Below, piece after piece: positions 16,555 to 25,022 of a stretch of DNA of 28,772 nucleotides. Source of the DNA: a virus. Lineage: Duplodnaviria; Caudoviricetes. Numbering within the stretch: the stretch's first letter is position 1; each line of letters begins with the position of its first letter. The DNA is taken from IMG/VR virus record IMGVR_UViG_3300046000_001432, positions 1 through 28,772 of that record; one strand, written 5' to 3'. The position numbers and the translations under genes were made by a program. The notes beneath the pieces were generated by a model. That model ran no database searches and had not been told where the DNA came from. It saw nothing but the letters and a program-made list of their open reading frames with translations.

Positions 16555-17633
16555 TGGCTAAAGTTCTAATACTTACCGATACTCACTGGGGAGTCAGGAA
16601 TGATTCCCCAGTTTTCTTGGATTACTTCAAGAAGACAATGGATGAGTTTGTTCTTCCGTTCATTCGTGAGCATAATATTAAGCATGTGATCCACGCTGGT
16701 GACCTTGTAGACAGGCGCAAGTATATCAATGTGAATACCGCGCATAGACTACGCCATGATTTTCTTATTCCGCTAAATGAACTGTGTGAGACACATATCA
16801 TTGCTGGTAATCATGATGAATACTATAAGGACACATATCGCGTAAACTCTCTTACCGAGTTTGTTGCTGGTCGCTATAAGAACATTCACACATATTCAAG
16901 CCCAACAACTATTACGATTGATGGCTTTGATTTCTTTCTACTTCCATGGATCACAAAGGAAGCAGAGAAAGAATGTTATGAAGCGGTAGAGAAGTCTACT
17001 GCCTCTGTTTGTGTATCTCACTTAGAACTTGATGGCTTTGAAATGCAGAAAGGTATGTTATCTGATCATGGATCTAATCACAAAATTTATGGAAGGTTTG
17101 ATCACGTTATTACTGGCCATTACCATCATCGTAGTGTTCGGGACAATATTCACTATATTGGTGCTTTGTGTGAGCACATATGGTCTGACTACAATGATCC
17201 TCGCGGGTTTGTTGTTTTTGATACAGAGACCCGTGATATGGTTTTCCATCGTAATCCTTTCCGTATTTTCCATATGGTGGCTTACGATGATGTGAAGAAT
17301 CCAAACATCATTGAGAATATCAATGCTACTGATTATTCCAAGTTTAAAGATTGCTATGTTAAGATTGTATGTGTGAACAAGACTAATCCATATGCTTTTG
17401 ATATGCTGTTAGATAAGTTATACAAGGAACAGCCAGCAGATATTTCCATTGTTGAAGATGTGAATAGTTTTATCGATAACAATGTGGATGATTTGGTAGA
17501 CGAAGCACAAGACACGATTACCATTCTAGATAATTATATCCAGGGGTTGACATTACCAATAGAACCTGATAAGATGAAACATTACATGCGTGAAATCTAC
17601 GCGGAAGCTTTGTCGTTGGAAAATATTGAATGA
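16554..17633 (+). CDS. g47: Recombination endonuclease subunit gp47 (Mre11/SbcD-like)
   Basis: Metallophosphoesterase motifs DTHWG, GDLVDRR, GNHD and GHYH. Confidence 0.96.
   Translation: MAKVLILTDTHWGVRNDSPVFLDYFKKTMDEFVLPFIREHNIKHVIHAGDLVDRRKYINVNTAHRLRHDFLIPLNELCETHIIAGNHDEYYKDTYRVNSLTEFVAGRYKNIHTYSSPTTITIDGFDFFLLPWITKEAEKECYEAVEKSTASVCVSHLELDGFEMQKGMLSDHGSNHKIYGRFDHVITGHYHHRSVRDNIHYIGALCEHIWSDYNDPRGFVVFDTETRDMVFHRNPFRIFHMVAYDDVKNPNIIENINATDYSKFKDCYVKIVCVNKTNPYAFDMLLDKLYKEQPADISIVEDVNSFIDNNVDDLVDEAQDTITILDNYIQGLTLPIEPDKMKHYMREIYAEALSLENIE
17547..17575 (+). promoter_or_regulatory. Intragenic sigma70-type promoter upstream of the 17630 gene and g46
   Basis: TTGACA-17 nt-TAAGAT with TGn extension (TGA). 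Confidence 0.6.
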
Positions 17634-17854
17634 AGATTATACATATCAATCGTAATATTATCCAATCAAATGCAAAGCATGGTCGTAAAGAACCAGTAGT
17701 GCGAGTAGAAGAGAATGGTATTGTAAAGTATTGTATGGAAGTAGAGATACTTGGACCTTCGCGTATGGTATACAGACCAGATAAACCTCGTCCTTGTGGT
17801 GCTAAATTATGGATAGAGACTGATGCTGAAGTTAAGATGATTGGCGTGGTATGA
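17630..17854 (+). CDS. Hypothetical protein (74 aa)
   Basis: ATGA overlaps at both ends (g47 and g46); IHINRNII and PCGAKLWIET motifs recalled from small phage proteins. Confidence 0.8.
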   Translation: MKIIHINRNIIQSNAKHGRKEPVVRVEENGIVKYCMEVEILGPSRMVYRPDKPRPCGAKLWIETDAEVKMIGVV

Positions 17855-19563
17855 TAACATTTGAAACTATTCGTTGGAAAAATCTATTATCTACTGGTAA
17901 TGCTTGGACAGAGATTGAACTAAACGCAAACAAGACTAATCTAATTATAGGCGCGAACGGGCATGGTAAGTCGACCATTCTCGACGCGCTTTGTTTCGTC
18001 TTGTTTGGTAAGCCATTTCGTAAGATCAATAAGCCATCGCTTACCAATAGCGTAAATGGTAAAGATTGTAGAGTAGAGATTGAGTTTGGTGCTTACGGAA
18101 AGAAGTATAAGATTTTCCGTGGCATCAAACCAAACATCTTTGAAATCTATGTTGATGGTATGCTACTCAATCAGGACTCGGCCTCGCGTGACTATCAAGA
18201 ATATCTTGAGAAGTTCATTCTCAAGATGAACATGAAGTCTTTTTGCCAAATCGTCATTCTTGGTTCAGCTTCATTTACTCCTTTCATGCAGTTGACTCCT
18301 GCTGATCGTCGCGCAATCATTGAAGACCTTCTAGACATCCAAATCTTTTCTATCATGAATATTCTGGTAAAGCAGCGTGTTCAAGAAAACAAAGAGAACT
18401 TGGAACTAAATCGCGCTTCATTGAAGTCTAACGAAGGAAAGAAAGATTATGTTGAGCGCACTCTAAAAAGTCTTAGACAGAACAATGATGACCGCTTGGA
18501 TGAATTGAATGGCCAGTATAATGATTTTGCCAGTCAAAAGACGGATCTTTTAAACAAGGTCAAGAAACTGGTCGATGAGAAAGAAAAACTTGTCGATGAG
18601 ATAACTGATATCTCAACTCTAAAGCAGACTTATGAACTGGCTATTAAGCAGATTGCTTCCTGGGACAGTGAAGCAAAGCGTCTTGATAAACACAAGGAGT
18701 TTCTAAAGAGTTCCGACCAATGCCCAACATGTAATCAGCATATCGAGGAAGACTTTCGTAAGAGAGAAGTATTGAGCATAGGTGGTGAGATTAGCACCAT
18801 TTGCAGACATGCAGCAACTATGGAAATAGATGTGAATGTCATCTTATCTCAAATAAATGATAGAGAGCAAAAGTCAAAGCGTATTCAAACCATTAATGCT
18901 GAAATCAAGGCTGATAAGCAGACAATGATGCATATCGTATCCACAATGAACAACATTGAAGATAACATTGATAAGATCAAGAATGCTGATACTCTTGTAC
19001 AAGATAGTGAAGAAGAACTGGCTAAGACAATAAAAGAGATTGATCGTCTTGGTGATAAGATTAATTTTTATGTGAGTGAAAAAGTATTGATTGATACTGC
19101 GATGGCTCTATTGAAAGATGGTGGCATAAAGACTAAGATCATCAAGCAATATGTTCCGATTATCAATAAGTTGGTAAACAAATACCTTGATCGTATGGGA
19201 TTCTTTGTCAACTTCAACATTGATGAGAACTTCAACGAGGTAATCAAGTCTCGGTATCGTGATGAGTTTTCCTATGCAAACTTCTCGGAAGGTGAGAAGA
19301 CGCGCATTGATTTGGCTCTAATGTTCACATGGAGAGCAATTGCCAAGATGAAGAATTCCGTCAATACCAACTTGCTTATCCTAGACGAGATTTTAGATGG
19401 AAGTCTTGATGCAAATGGTACTGATGAATTCCTAAAAATAATTCAGACCTTGACAGACGATACAAATACATTTATAATATCGCACAAGACGGATACAATT
19501 GCCGATAAGTTCGATAAGACTTACCGATTCGAGAAGATTAGAAACTTTAGCAGGTTGGTATAA
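17851..19563 (+). CDS. g46: Recombination endonuclease ATPase subunit gp46 (Rad50/SbcC-like)
   Basis: GANGHGKST Walker A, CPTC zinc hook within a coiled coil, FSEGEK signature and LILDEILDGSLD Walker B. Confidence 0.97.
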   Translation: MITFETIRWKNLLSTGNAWTEIELNANKTNLIIGANGHGKSTILDALCFVLFGKPFRKINKPSLTNSVNGKDCRVEIEFGAYGKKYKIFRGIKPNIFEIYVDGMLLNQDSASRDYQEYLEKFILKMNMKSFCQIVILGSASFTPFMQLTPADRRAIIEDLLDIQIFSIMNILVKQRVQENKENLELNRASLKSNEGKKDYVERTLKSLRQNNDDRLDELNGQYNDFASQKTDLLNKVKKLVDEKEKLVDEITDISTLKQTYELAIKQIASWDSEAKRLDKHKEFLKSSDQCPTCNQHIEEDFRKREVLSIGGEISTICRHAATMEIDVNVILSQINDREQKSKRIQTINAEIKADKQTMMHIVSTMNNIEDNIDKIKNADTLVQDSEEELAKTIKEIDRLGDKINFYVSEKVLIDTAMALLKDGGIKTKIIKQYVPIINKLVNKYLDRMGFFVNFNIDENFNEVIKSRYRDEFSYANFSEGEKTRIDLALMFTWRAIAKMKNSVNTNLLILDEILDGSLDANGTDEFLKIIQTLTDDTNTFIISHKTDTIADKFDKTYRFEKIRNFSRLV

Positions 19564-19739
19564 TGAGTGTAAAAGGTACATACGAAAGAGGTAAAAAACG
19601 CGGTAAATTTAATTACGGCAAAAAGATCAACCTTCGTGAACAATGGGATCTTGAAAGAAAAGATCAAGAACATGAGAGGATGGTCAGAGATTTTTTTGCC
19701 AAAAAAGCAAAAGAGAGAAAGAACAGGAAAAAGAAATGA
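19563..19739 (+). CDS. Small basic hypothetical protein (58 aa), absent from the ORF track
   Basis: Manual translation MSVKGTYERGKKRGKFNYGKKINLREQWDLERKDQEHERMVRDFFAKKAKERKNRKKK; TAATG overlap with g46 and ATGA overlap with the 19736 gene. Confidence 0.7.
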   Translation: MSVKGTYERGKKRGKFNYGKKINLREQWDLERKDQEHERMVRDFFAKKAKERKNRKKK

Positions 19740-20062
19740 TGGTAAAAGAGTCCGCAGAATACGATAACTTCCTTGGTAAGAAGGAAGAAGTAGCAAAGCC
19801 AGCGGCACTATTTGAGATTGAAGAGACTGAGGAAGGTGAACGAGAAAAACTTTGGGTAGGAATGCCTGAGTTTGAACAGAAGGACAATCCTCCGTTCAAG
19901 ACTATATATCTTCATTTTCGTAACAAGGAAGACTTTGATGCATTCGTTTCAAAGTATAAGAACCTAGATGAAGAGCAGAACATTACACCAAAGACAAAGA
20001 GCATGTGGTATCCGCATCTTGATAAGGACGAAAACTCACTCAAGCGTTGGTTTGAAGAATGA
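19736..20062 (+). CDS. Hypothetical protein, probable partner of the downstream glycosyltransferase
   Basis: WVGMPEFEQ...HFRNKEDFDAF...ITPKTKSMWYP; ATGA overlap with the glycosyltransferase. Confidence 0.75.
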   Translation: MMVKESAEYDNFLGKKEEVAKPAALFEIEETEEGEREKLWVGMPEFEQKDNPPFKTIYLHFRNKEDFDAFVSKYKNLDEEQNITPKTKSMWYPHLDKDENSLKRWFEE

Positions 20063-21033
20063 CGAATCCGACTCATCCAGTTTATATCATTTCTAAAGGT
20101 AGACACGAAAGCATGTTTACCTCGCGCTCACTCGCGCGTATGAAGATTCCGCATTATATTGCAATCGAACCGCAAGATGAAAAGTTATATGATCAAGCTC
20201 TTGATACCTTTAATATTAGGCCTTATGTTACTCTTATTGTTGCTCCCTTTTCTAATCATGGAGACGGCCCAGGTAGGGCAAGAAATTGGTGCTGGGATCA
20301 TTCTATTACCTTAGGCGCTGAGAAGCATTGGGTATGTGATGATAACATTTCAGATTTCTACCGTCTACATAAGAACCAACGCATTCGTGTGGAATCTGGT
20401 GTAATCTTCAAGGCCGCAGAAGACTTTGTTGATCGCTTTGAGAATGTTCCTATCTCAGGCTTTCAGTATCGGTTCTTCATTGCGCCGAATCAAGCATACT
20501 ATCCATTTACACCGAACACTCGTATCTATTCCACTCTACTCATCTCTAACGATTGTAAGCATCGTTGGCGTGGTAGATATAATGAAGACACCGATATCTG
20601 TCTTCGTGTACTGAAAGATGGTGATTGCACAATTCAGTTCAATTCATTTCTGCAAGGCAAATCTGCAACGCAAACTGTCAAGGGTGGTAATACAGCAGAG
20701 TTCTATCATGCGGAAGGTGAACTAGACAAGAGCAAGTGGCGTGAAGGGCAAATGAATGCAACTGGCACTGTGAACAAATCGCAGATGCTGGTCGATATGC
20801 ATCCCGATGTAGCAAAGCTGGTTTGGAAATATGGGCGTTGGCATCACCATGTTGATTACCTTCCGTTCCAAAAGCCCGAGCGGGAACTGAATCCAGAACA
20901 GTTACAGATACGCCGAAATCTCGGTTTGGGTCCAGAAGATAATCGGTTGAGATTGAAATCTAGCGTTGATCTTTCAACCTTACCTAAGGTCAACAATTAT
21001 GGTATGGTTCTCAAAAAGATATCAAAGACTTAG
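20059..21033 (+). CDS. GT-A fold glycosyltransferase, TET-associated/GREB1-like (putative DNA base glycosyltransferase)
   Basis: PVYIISKGR, ARNWCWDHS, WVCDDNI (DD metal motif), RYNEDTDICLRVL and KGGNT. Confidence 0.75.
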   Translation: MTNPTHPVYIISKGRHESMFTSRSLARMKIPHYIAIEPQDEKLYDQALDTFNIRPYVTLIVAPFSNHGDGPGRARNWCWDHSITLGAEKHWVCDDNISDFYRLHKNQRIRVESGVIFKAAEDFVDRFENVPISGFQYRFFIAPNQAYYPFTPNTRIYSTLLISNDCKHRWRGRYNEDTDICLRVLKDGDCTIQFNSFLQGKSATQTVKGGNTAEFYHAEGELDKSKWREGQMNATGTVNKSQMLVDMHPDVAKLVWKYGRWHHHVDYLPFQKPERELNPEQLQIRRNLGLGPEDNRLRLKSSVDLSTLPKVNNYGMVLKKISKT

Positions 21034-21062
21034 CCGAACCCAATAAAATCAATAACTTAGCC
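21020..21062. repeat. Direct repeat ATCAAnnACTTAGCC, each copy a perfect IHF consensus (WATCAANNNNTTR)
   Basis: TATCAAAGACTTA at 21020-21032 and AATCAATAACTTA at 21047-21059, both followed by GCC; period 27 nt. Confidence 0.65.
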
Positions 21063-21100
21063 ACCAGCTATGCGTCCATCGTATGGCTGGTATGCTTTTT
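21063..21100 (+). terminator. Probable terminator hairpin after the glycosyltransferase
   Basis: ACCAGCTATGCG-TCCAT-CGTATGGCTGGT, a 12-bp stem with two G-U pairs, followed by ATGCTTTTT. Confidence 0.6.
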
Positions 21101-21141
21101 CCCTCATTGTAAAACCGACTTGCAATCCCCATATATAGTGT

Positions 21142-21363
21142 ATGATGATATTGACCCTCAAGTTGAATCCCGCACAAGCCGCTCTCCTTTCCCATGCGAT
21201 AGTTGAGTTCCAAGATAATTTTCATCGCTTGTCGCATGAAGATATCTTTATAACCGAAGAGAACATTTCCGATTTACAAAATCTCGTAGATCAAGTCCTC
21301 GACCAAACCAATGTCGAAGTCTATGCAGATGTTTCTCCTCATGTTTTCCAGAATGAAGAATGA
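21142..21363 (+). CDS. Small acidic hypothetical protein
   Basis: 73-aa ORF filling the gap on the coding strand; no clear RBS, so the start is uncertain (in-frame TTG at 21151 is possible). Confidence 0.5.
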   Translation: MMILTLKLNPAQAALLSHAIVEFQDNFHRLSHEDIFITEENISDLQNLVDQVLDQTNVEVYADVSPHVFQNEE

Positions 21364-21365
21364 GA

Positions 21366-21394
21366 TTGACTTGCACCGCAAATCAGTCTAAGAT
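21366..21394 (+). promoter_or_regulatory. sigma70-type promoter for the peptidase-vWA gene
   Basis: TTGACT-17 nt-TAAGAT; GAGGA RBS before the ATG at 21418. Confidence 0.75.
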
Positions 21395-21417
21395 AAGTCC
21401 ATAATCAAGAGGACACA

Positions 21418-23634
21418 ATGGAAGTTTCACATAATCATAACGCAAAGTCCCAGCTAGCCAAGTTGCTGGCTACGGAAAACATTACGGTTCAACATTCCGC
21501 GTCGGCCAAGACCGCTTGGTTCGACGTTACGAACCGTGTCCTGATGCTCCCGATCTGGCGTGAAATGTCCAATGACTTGTACGACATGCTGGTCGTCCAC
21601 GAGGTTGGCCATGCTCTGGACACGCCTGGTGAAGACTTTGTAGAGAACCTTAAGGCTATCGCAGCCCGTCTTGGAGAGACTTCCAACCGCGCTCTGGGTG
21701 CTATCAAGGGCTTTGTTAATGTCATTGAAGACGCACGAATTGACAAGCGCCAGAAGCGCCGCTTCCCTGGGGCTCGTCGGAACTACATCAAGGGTTATGC
21801 TGAACTAATCGAAAAGGACTTTTTCGGTACCGCAACTAAGGACGTTAACTCTATGTCCTTTATCGACCGCCTTAACATCTACTGTAAGGGCGGCGTCATG
21901 CTCGGTATTAACTTCTCTCCTGAAGAGAAGGTGATGCTCCGCAAGGTTGAAGCGGCTGAGACTTTCGAGGAAGTTCTGGCTCTTACTGAGGAAATCTATC
22001 GCTGGTCTAAGCAGCAGATGGAAAATCAGCAGGAAGAAGAAAACGGCCCGGACATGATGAAAGCCAAGTCTGGCTTCGGTGATGATACCGAAGATGGCGA
22101 TGAAATGGACTTTGGCGATGATGAAGACGCCGAGACTGACCCTTCGCAGTCCAGCCAGTCTATGTCTCAGGATGATGATGGAGACGGCAACGAGGACGAG
22201 GACGAGGATGGCGATGGTTCTTCCTCTACCGAAGACGGTGAGAAGGACGATACTCAGTCCGACGCTGGTACTGCCACCAATGGTGATGATATTCCCGAGT
22301 CCGAGACTGAAAAGGCTTGGCAGGAAAAGCAGAATGACCTGGTTATCGATTCGGAATATGATTATGTCTATGCAAAGCTACCGAAGATTGCAGATTATGA
22401 CCGTACGGTTCATGATTACAAGGTCGTGCTGGCTGACCAGCGGGCTGAACTGGCTCGCCGTAGGTTTGATCCGGATTGGCTTCTTGCCGTTCGCAAGGAA
22501 CTCAATCAGTTCAAGTCCAGCGAAAACTCGGCCATTTCATTCATGGTCAAGGAATTCGAAATGCGTAAGTCCGCAGACGAATATTCCCGCACCAGCACCG
22601 CCAAGACTGGTATGCTTGACACTAACAAGCTCCACTCTTATCGGTACAATGATGACTTGTTCCGTCGTATCACTACGGTAGCAAGCGGCAAGAACCATGG
22701 CTTTGTCATGTTTGTTGACTGGTCAAGCTCCATGGATACAAATCTGCGGAAGACTGTCCGACAGTTGCTTTCACTGGTAATGTTCTGTAAGCGAGTCCAG
22801 ATCCCGTTCGAGGTCTACGCTTTCCGTTGTGTCTCTTATAGCGACAATGAACGGACTCGGTTGTCGGCTGGCTTTACCAAGAATACCAATGAGATTGACG
22901 TTTCGCCGTTTGTTGCGCGAAACTTGCTTTCGTCCCGAATGAAAATTCAGGAGTTGAATGACGCAATGTACCATCTGTTCATTATGTCTTCCCGACATGG
23001 CGGACTGTCCTGTGATGATTTGACTTCCACTCCGCTCAATCCTTGTATTGTGGCTGCTTCGGAAATCGTCAATCGCTTCAAGGCCAAGTCCAAGGTACAG
23101 ATTGTCAATACGGTATTCATTACTGATGGTGATTCCGATCCTATGTCTGGTCAGATTAACGGTGTGCCTTACGGCTGGAAACCGCGTAAGATTATCATTC
23201 AGGACGATATCACCAAGAAGACTTATGACCTTCCGGCTCTAAAGTATTCTAGTCATGCGTTTAATAATAATAACATCACTCCTGTCCTTCTTAAGATCCT
23301 GAAGGATCGGACTGACTGTAATCTGATCGGCTTCTTCATTAACTCCAACGGCTTCAAGCGTGTTTATGACCGTTACCATGGTTACGGAAATGCTGCCCAT
23401 CGGGCTAAGTCTGCCACTTGCTGGAAAGACAACGGCTTCTTCGGTGTGACTTCCGCTGGTTATGATGAATACTATATCATTAACGCCTTGACCTTCAATG
23501 TTTCCAGTGGAAATCTTAAGGTTGCTGTTGATATCACCAAGCGAGGTCTTACTTCCGCGTTTATCAAGTATTCGGAAAAGAAGTCTATTTCCCGTGTTCT
23601 ACTCACTCAGGTTGTCAAGCGAATTGCCGCTTGA
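21418..23634 (+). CDS. HExxH metallopeptidase-like domain, acidic linker and vWA domain protein (CobT-like MoxR partner)
   Basis: HEVGHAL and NVIEDARID in the N-terminal domain, a long D/E-rich linker, and MIDAS motif VDWSSSM with later STPL and FITDGD. Confidence 0.88.
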   Translation: MEVSHNHNAKSQLAKLLATENITVQHSASAKTAWFDVTNRVLMLPIWREMSNDLYDMLVVHEVGHALDTPGEDFVENLKAIAARLGETSNRALGAIKGFVNVIEDARIDKRQKRRFPGARRNYIKGYAELIEKDFFGTATKDVNSMSFIDRLNIYCKGGVMLGINFSPEEKVMLRKVEAAETFEEVLALTEEIYRWSKQQMENQQEEENGPDMMKAKSGFGDDTEDGDEMDFGDDEDAETDPSQSSQSMSQDDDGDGNEDEDEDGDGSSSTEDGEKDDTQSDAGTATNGDDIPESETEKAWQEKQNDLVIDSEYDYVYAKLPKIADYDRTVHDYKVVLADQRAELARRRFDPDWLLAVRKELNQFKSSENSAISFMVKEFEMRKSADEYSRTSTAKTGMLDTNKLHSYRYNDDLFRRITTVASGKNHGFVMFVDWSSSMDTNLRKTVRQLLSLVMFCKRVQIPFEVYAFRCVSYSDNERTRLSAGFTKNTNEIDVSPFVARNLLSSRMKIQELNDAMYHLFIMSSRHGGLSCDDLTSTPLNPCIVAASEIVNRFKAKSKVQIVNTVFITDGDSDPMSGQINGVPYGWKPRKIIIQDDITKKTYDLPALKYSSHAFNNNNITPVLLKILKDRTDCNLIGFFINSNGFKRVYDRYHGYGNAAHRAKSATCWKDNGFFGVTSAGYDEYYIINALTFNVSSGNLKVAVDITKRGLTSAFIKYSEKKSISRVLLTQVVKRIAA

Positions 23635-23659
23635 CAATCACCTCTACCTAGTCTATAAT
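23631..23659 (+). promoter_or_regulatory. Consensus sigma70 promoter for the MoxR/CobS gene
   Basis: Perfect TTGACA-17 nt-TATAAT; the -35 box overlaps the upstream TGA stop. Confidence 0.9.
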
Positions 23660-23697
23660 ATACACATAATCCAAACACACACAAAGGAAAATACCTA

Positions 23698-24918
23698 ATG
23701 GCTAAGCGCCCCGTTGATAAGACCCCGTTCCTCGCCGCTGTTGCTAAGGAACTTGGTAAGGTCAATACGATTTCCCGCGCGGAAGTCGTCCACATTATGA
23801 AGAAGTACAAGCTGAAGGATCCGCTTTGGCTGACCAAGAATGACGCCGTGCGCGTCGGTCGTGGAATGTATTCGCTTACCGATGTTCCTGTTGCGGCTGT
23901 AAAGTTTTCCAAGACGGCTGATATCGCTTCAAGCGTTCCCGTTGTTGCGATGGACGAGGTGGCTAACGCCTCCGAAATGCAGATGGCCGCTGCTGCGGTT
24001 GTTCCGCTTCACGCGGTAGAGAATCGTGGTATTGATCTGGTGCCGACTAAGGCGTCTGGTTATGTTCCCTTCGGTCACTTCCCGGACGTTCGAATGATTG
24101 TCAAGTCTCGTAAGTTTTATCCGACTTACATCACCGGTCTGTCTGGTAACGGTAAGACCATGATGATTGAGCAGATTTGCGCTCAGGAAGGTCGTGAGCT
24201 TGTTCGCGCCAACATCACCAAGGAAACGGACGAGGACGATCTCATCGGTGGTTTCCGTCTCTCGGACGGTAAGACTGTCTGGCAGAACGGCCCTGTTATC
24301 GTGGCCATGGAACGTGGTGCTATCCTGCTTCTGGACGAGGTTGACCTTGGTGACGCCAAGCTCATGTGTCTCCAGCCGATCCTCGAGGGTAAGCCCGTTT
24401 ACCTGAAGAAGATCAACCGTGTGATCACTCCGGCTCCTGGCTTCAACATTCTGGCCACTGCTAACACCAAGGGTAAGGGTTCGGACGATGGTCGCTTCAT
24501 CGGCACCAATGTGATGAACGAAGCCTTCCTTGAGCGTTTCAGCATCACCTTTGAGCAGGAATATCCCTCGACCAAGACTGAGGCCAAGATCCTCAACAAT
24601 GTCCTGAAGACCTCTGGCATTGAGGACAAGGACTTTGCTGACAAGTTGGTCAACTGGGCTGACATGATCCGTAAGGCGTTCTACGATGGTGCGGTCTCCG
24701 ATATCATCTCCACTCGCCGACTGGTTCATATCTGCGAAGCCTACGCCATCTTCGGTCAGGATCGTGAGAAGGCAATCAAACTCTGTCTCAATCGCTTTGA
24801 TGTGGATACCAAGACTGGCTTCTTTGATCTCTACGCCAAGCTGGACGAAAAGGTTCTTCCGAAGGCTGAGGTCAAGGAAGAAGTGAAGGCTACGAATGAG
24901 GATGAAATCGCTTTCTAA
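23698..24918 (+). CDS. cobS: MoxR/CobS-family AAA+ ATPase
   Basis: GLSGNGKT Walker A, LLLDEVD Walker B, ATANTKGKGSDDGRFIGTNVMNEAFLERF and ISTRRL; downstream of its vWA partner. Confidence 0.92.
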   Translation: MAKRPVDKTPFLAAVAKELGKVNTISRAEVVHIMKKYKLKDPLWLTKNDAVRVGRGMYSLTDVPVAAVKFSKTADIASSVPVVAMDEVANASEMQMAAAAVVPLHAVENRGIDLVPTKASGYVPFGHFPDVRMIVKSRKFYPTYITGLSGNGKTMMIEQICAQEGRELVRANITKETDEDDLIGGFRLSDGKTVWQNGPVIVAMERGAILLLDEVDLGDAKLMCLQPILEGKPVYLKKINRVITPAPGFNILATANTKGKGSDDGRFIGTNVMNEAFLERFSITFEQEYPSTKTEAKILNNVLKTSGIEDKDFADKLVNWADMIRKAFYDGAVSDIISTRRLVHICEAYAIFGQDREKAIKLCLNRFDVDTKTGFFDLYAKLDEKVLPKAEVKEEVKATNEDEIAF

Positions 24919-24947
24919 TTGACATTGGGCATAGCCTAGTGTATAAT
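24919..24947 (+). promoter_or_regulatory. Consensus sigma70 promoter for the HTH gene
   Basis: Perfect TTGACA-17 nt-TATAAT immediately after the cobS stop codon. Confidence 0.9.
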
Positions 24948-24949
24948 AG

Positions 24950-24985
24950 CAGATACTATGGTAGACAACCGCGCCATAGTATCTG
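24950..24985. repeat. Perfect 12-bp inverted repeat over the predicted transcription start
   Basis: CAGATACTATGG-12 nt-CCATAGTATCTG. Confidence 0.85.
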
Positions 24986-25022
24986 TTCCAACAAAGCGGT
25001 TATTTTATTATGGAGTTATTGA

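Noticed and set aside
21120-21146. TTGCAA...TATGAT promoter candidate before the 73-aa ORF
   Set aside because: The spacer is only 15 nt and the -10 box overlaps the listed ATG; not supportable as a feature.
22079-22681. 200-aa alternate-frame plus-strand ORF
   Set aside because: It lies inside the peptidase-vWA gene; its Met/Thr/Arg richness is the shifted reading of GAT/GAC/GAG codons in the acidic linker.
23929-24729. 266-aa minus-strand ORF
   Set aside because: It is the antisense shadow of cobS in a GC-rich, codon-biased region where reverse-strand stops are rare; no motifs or expression signals.
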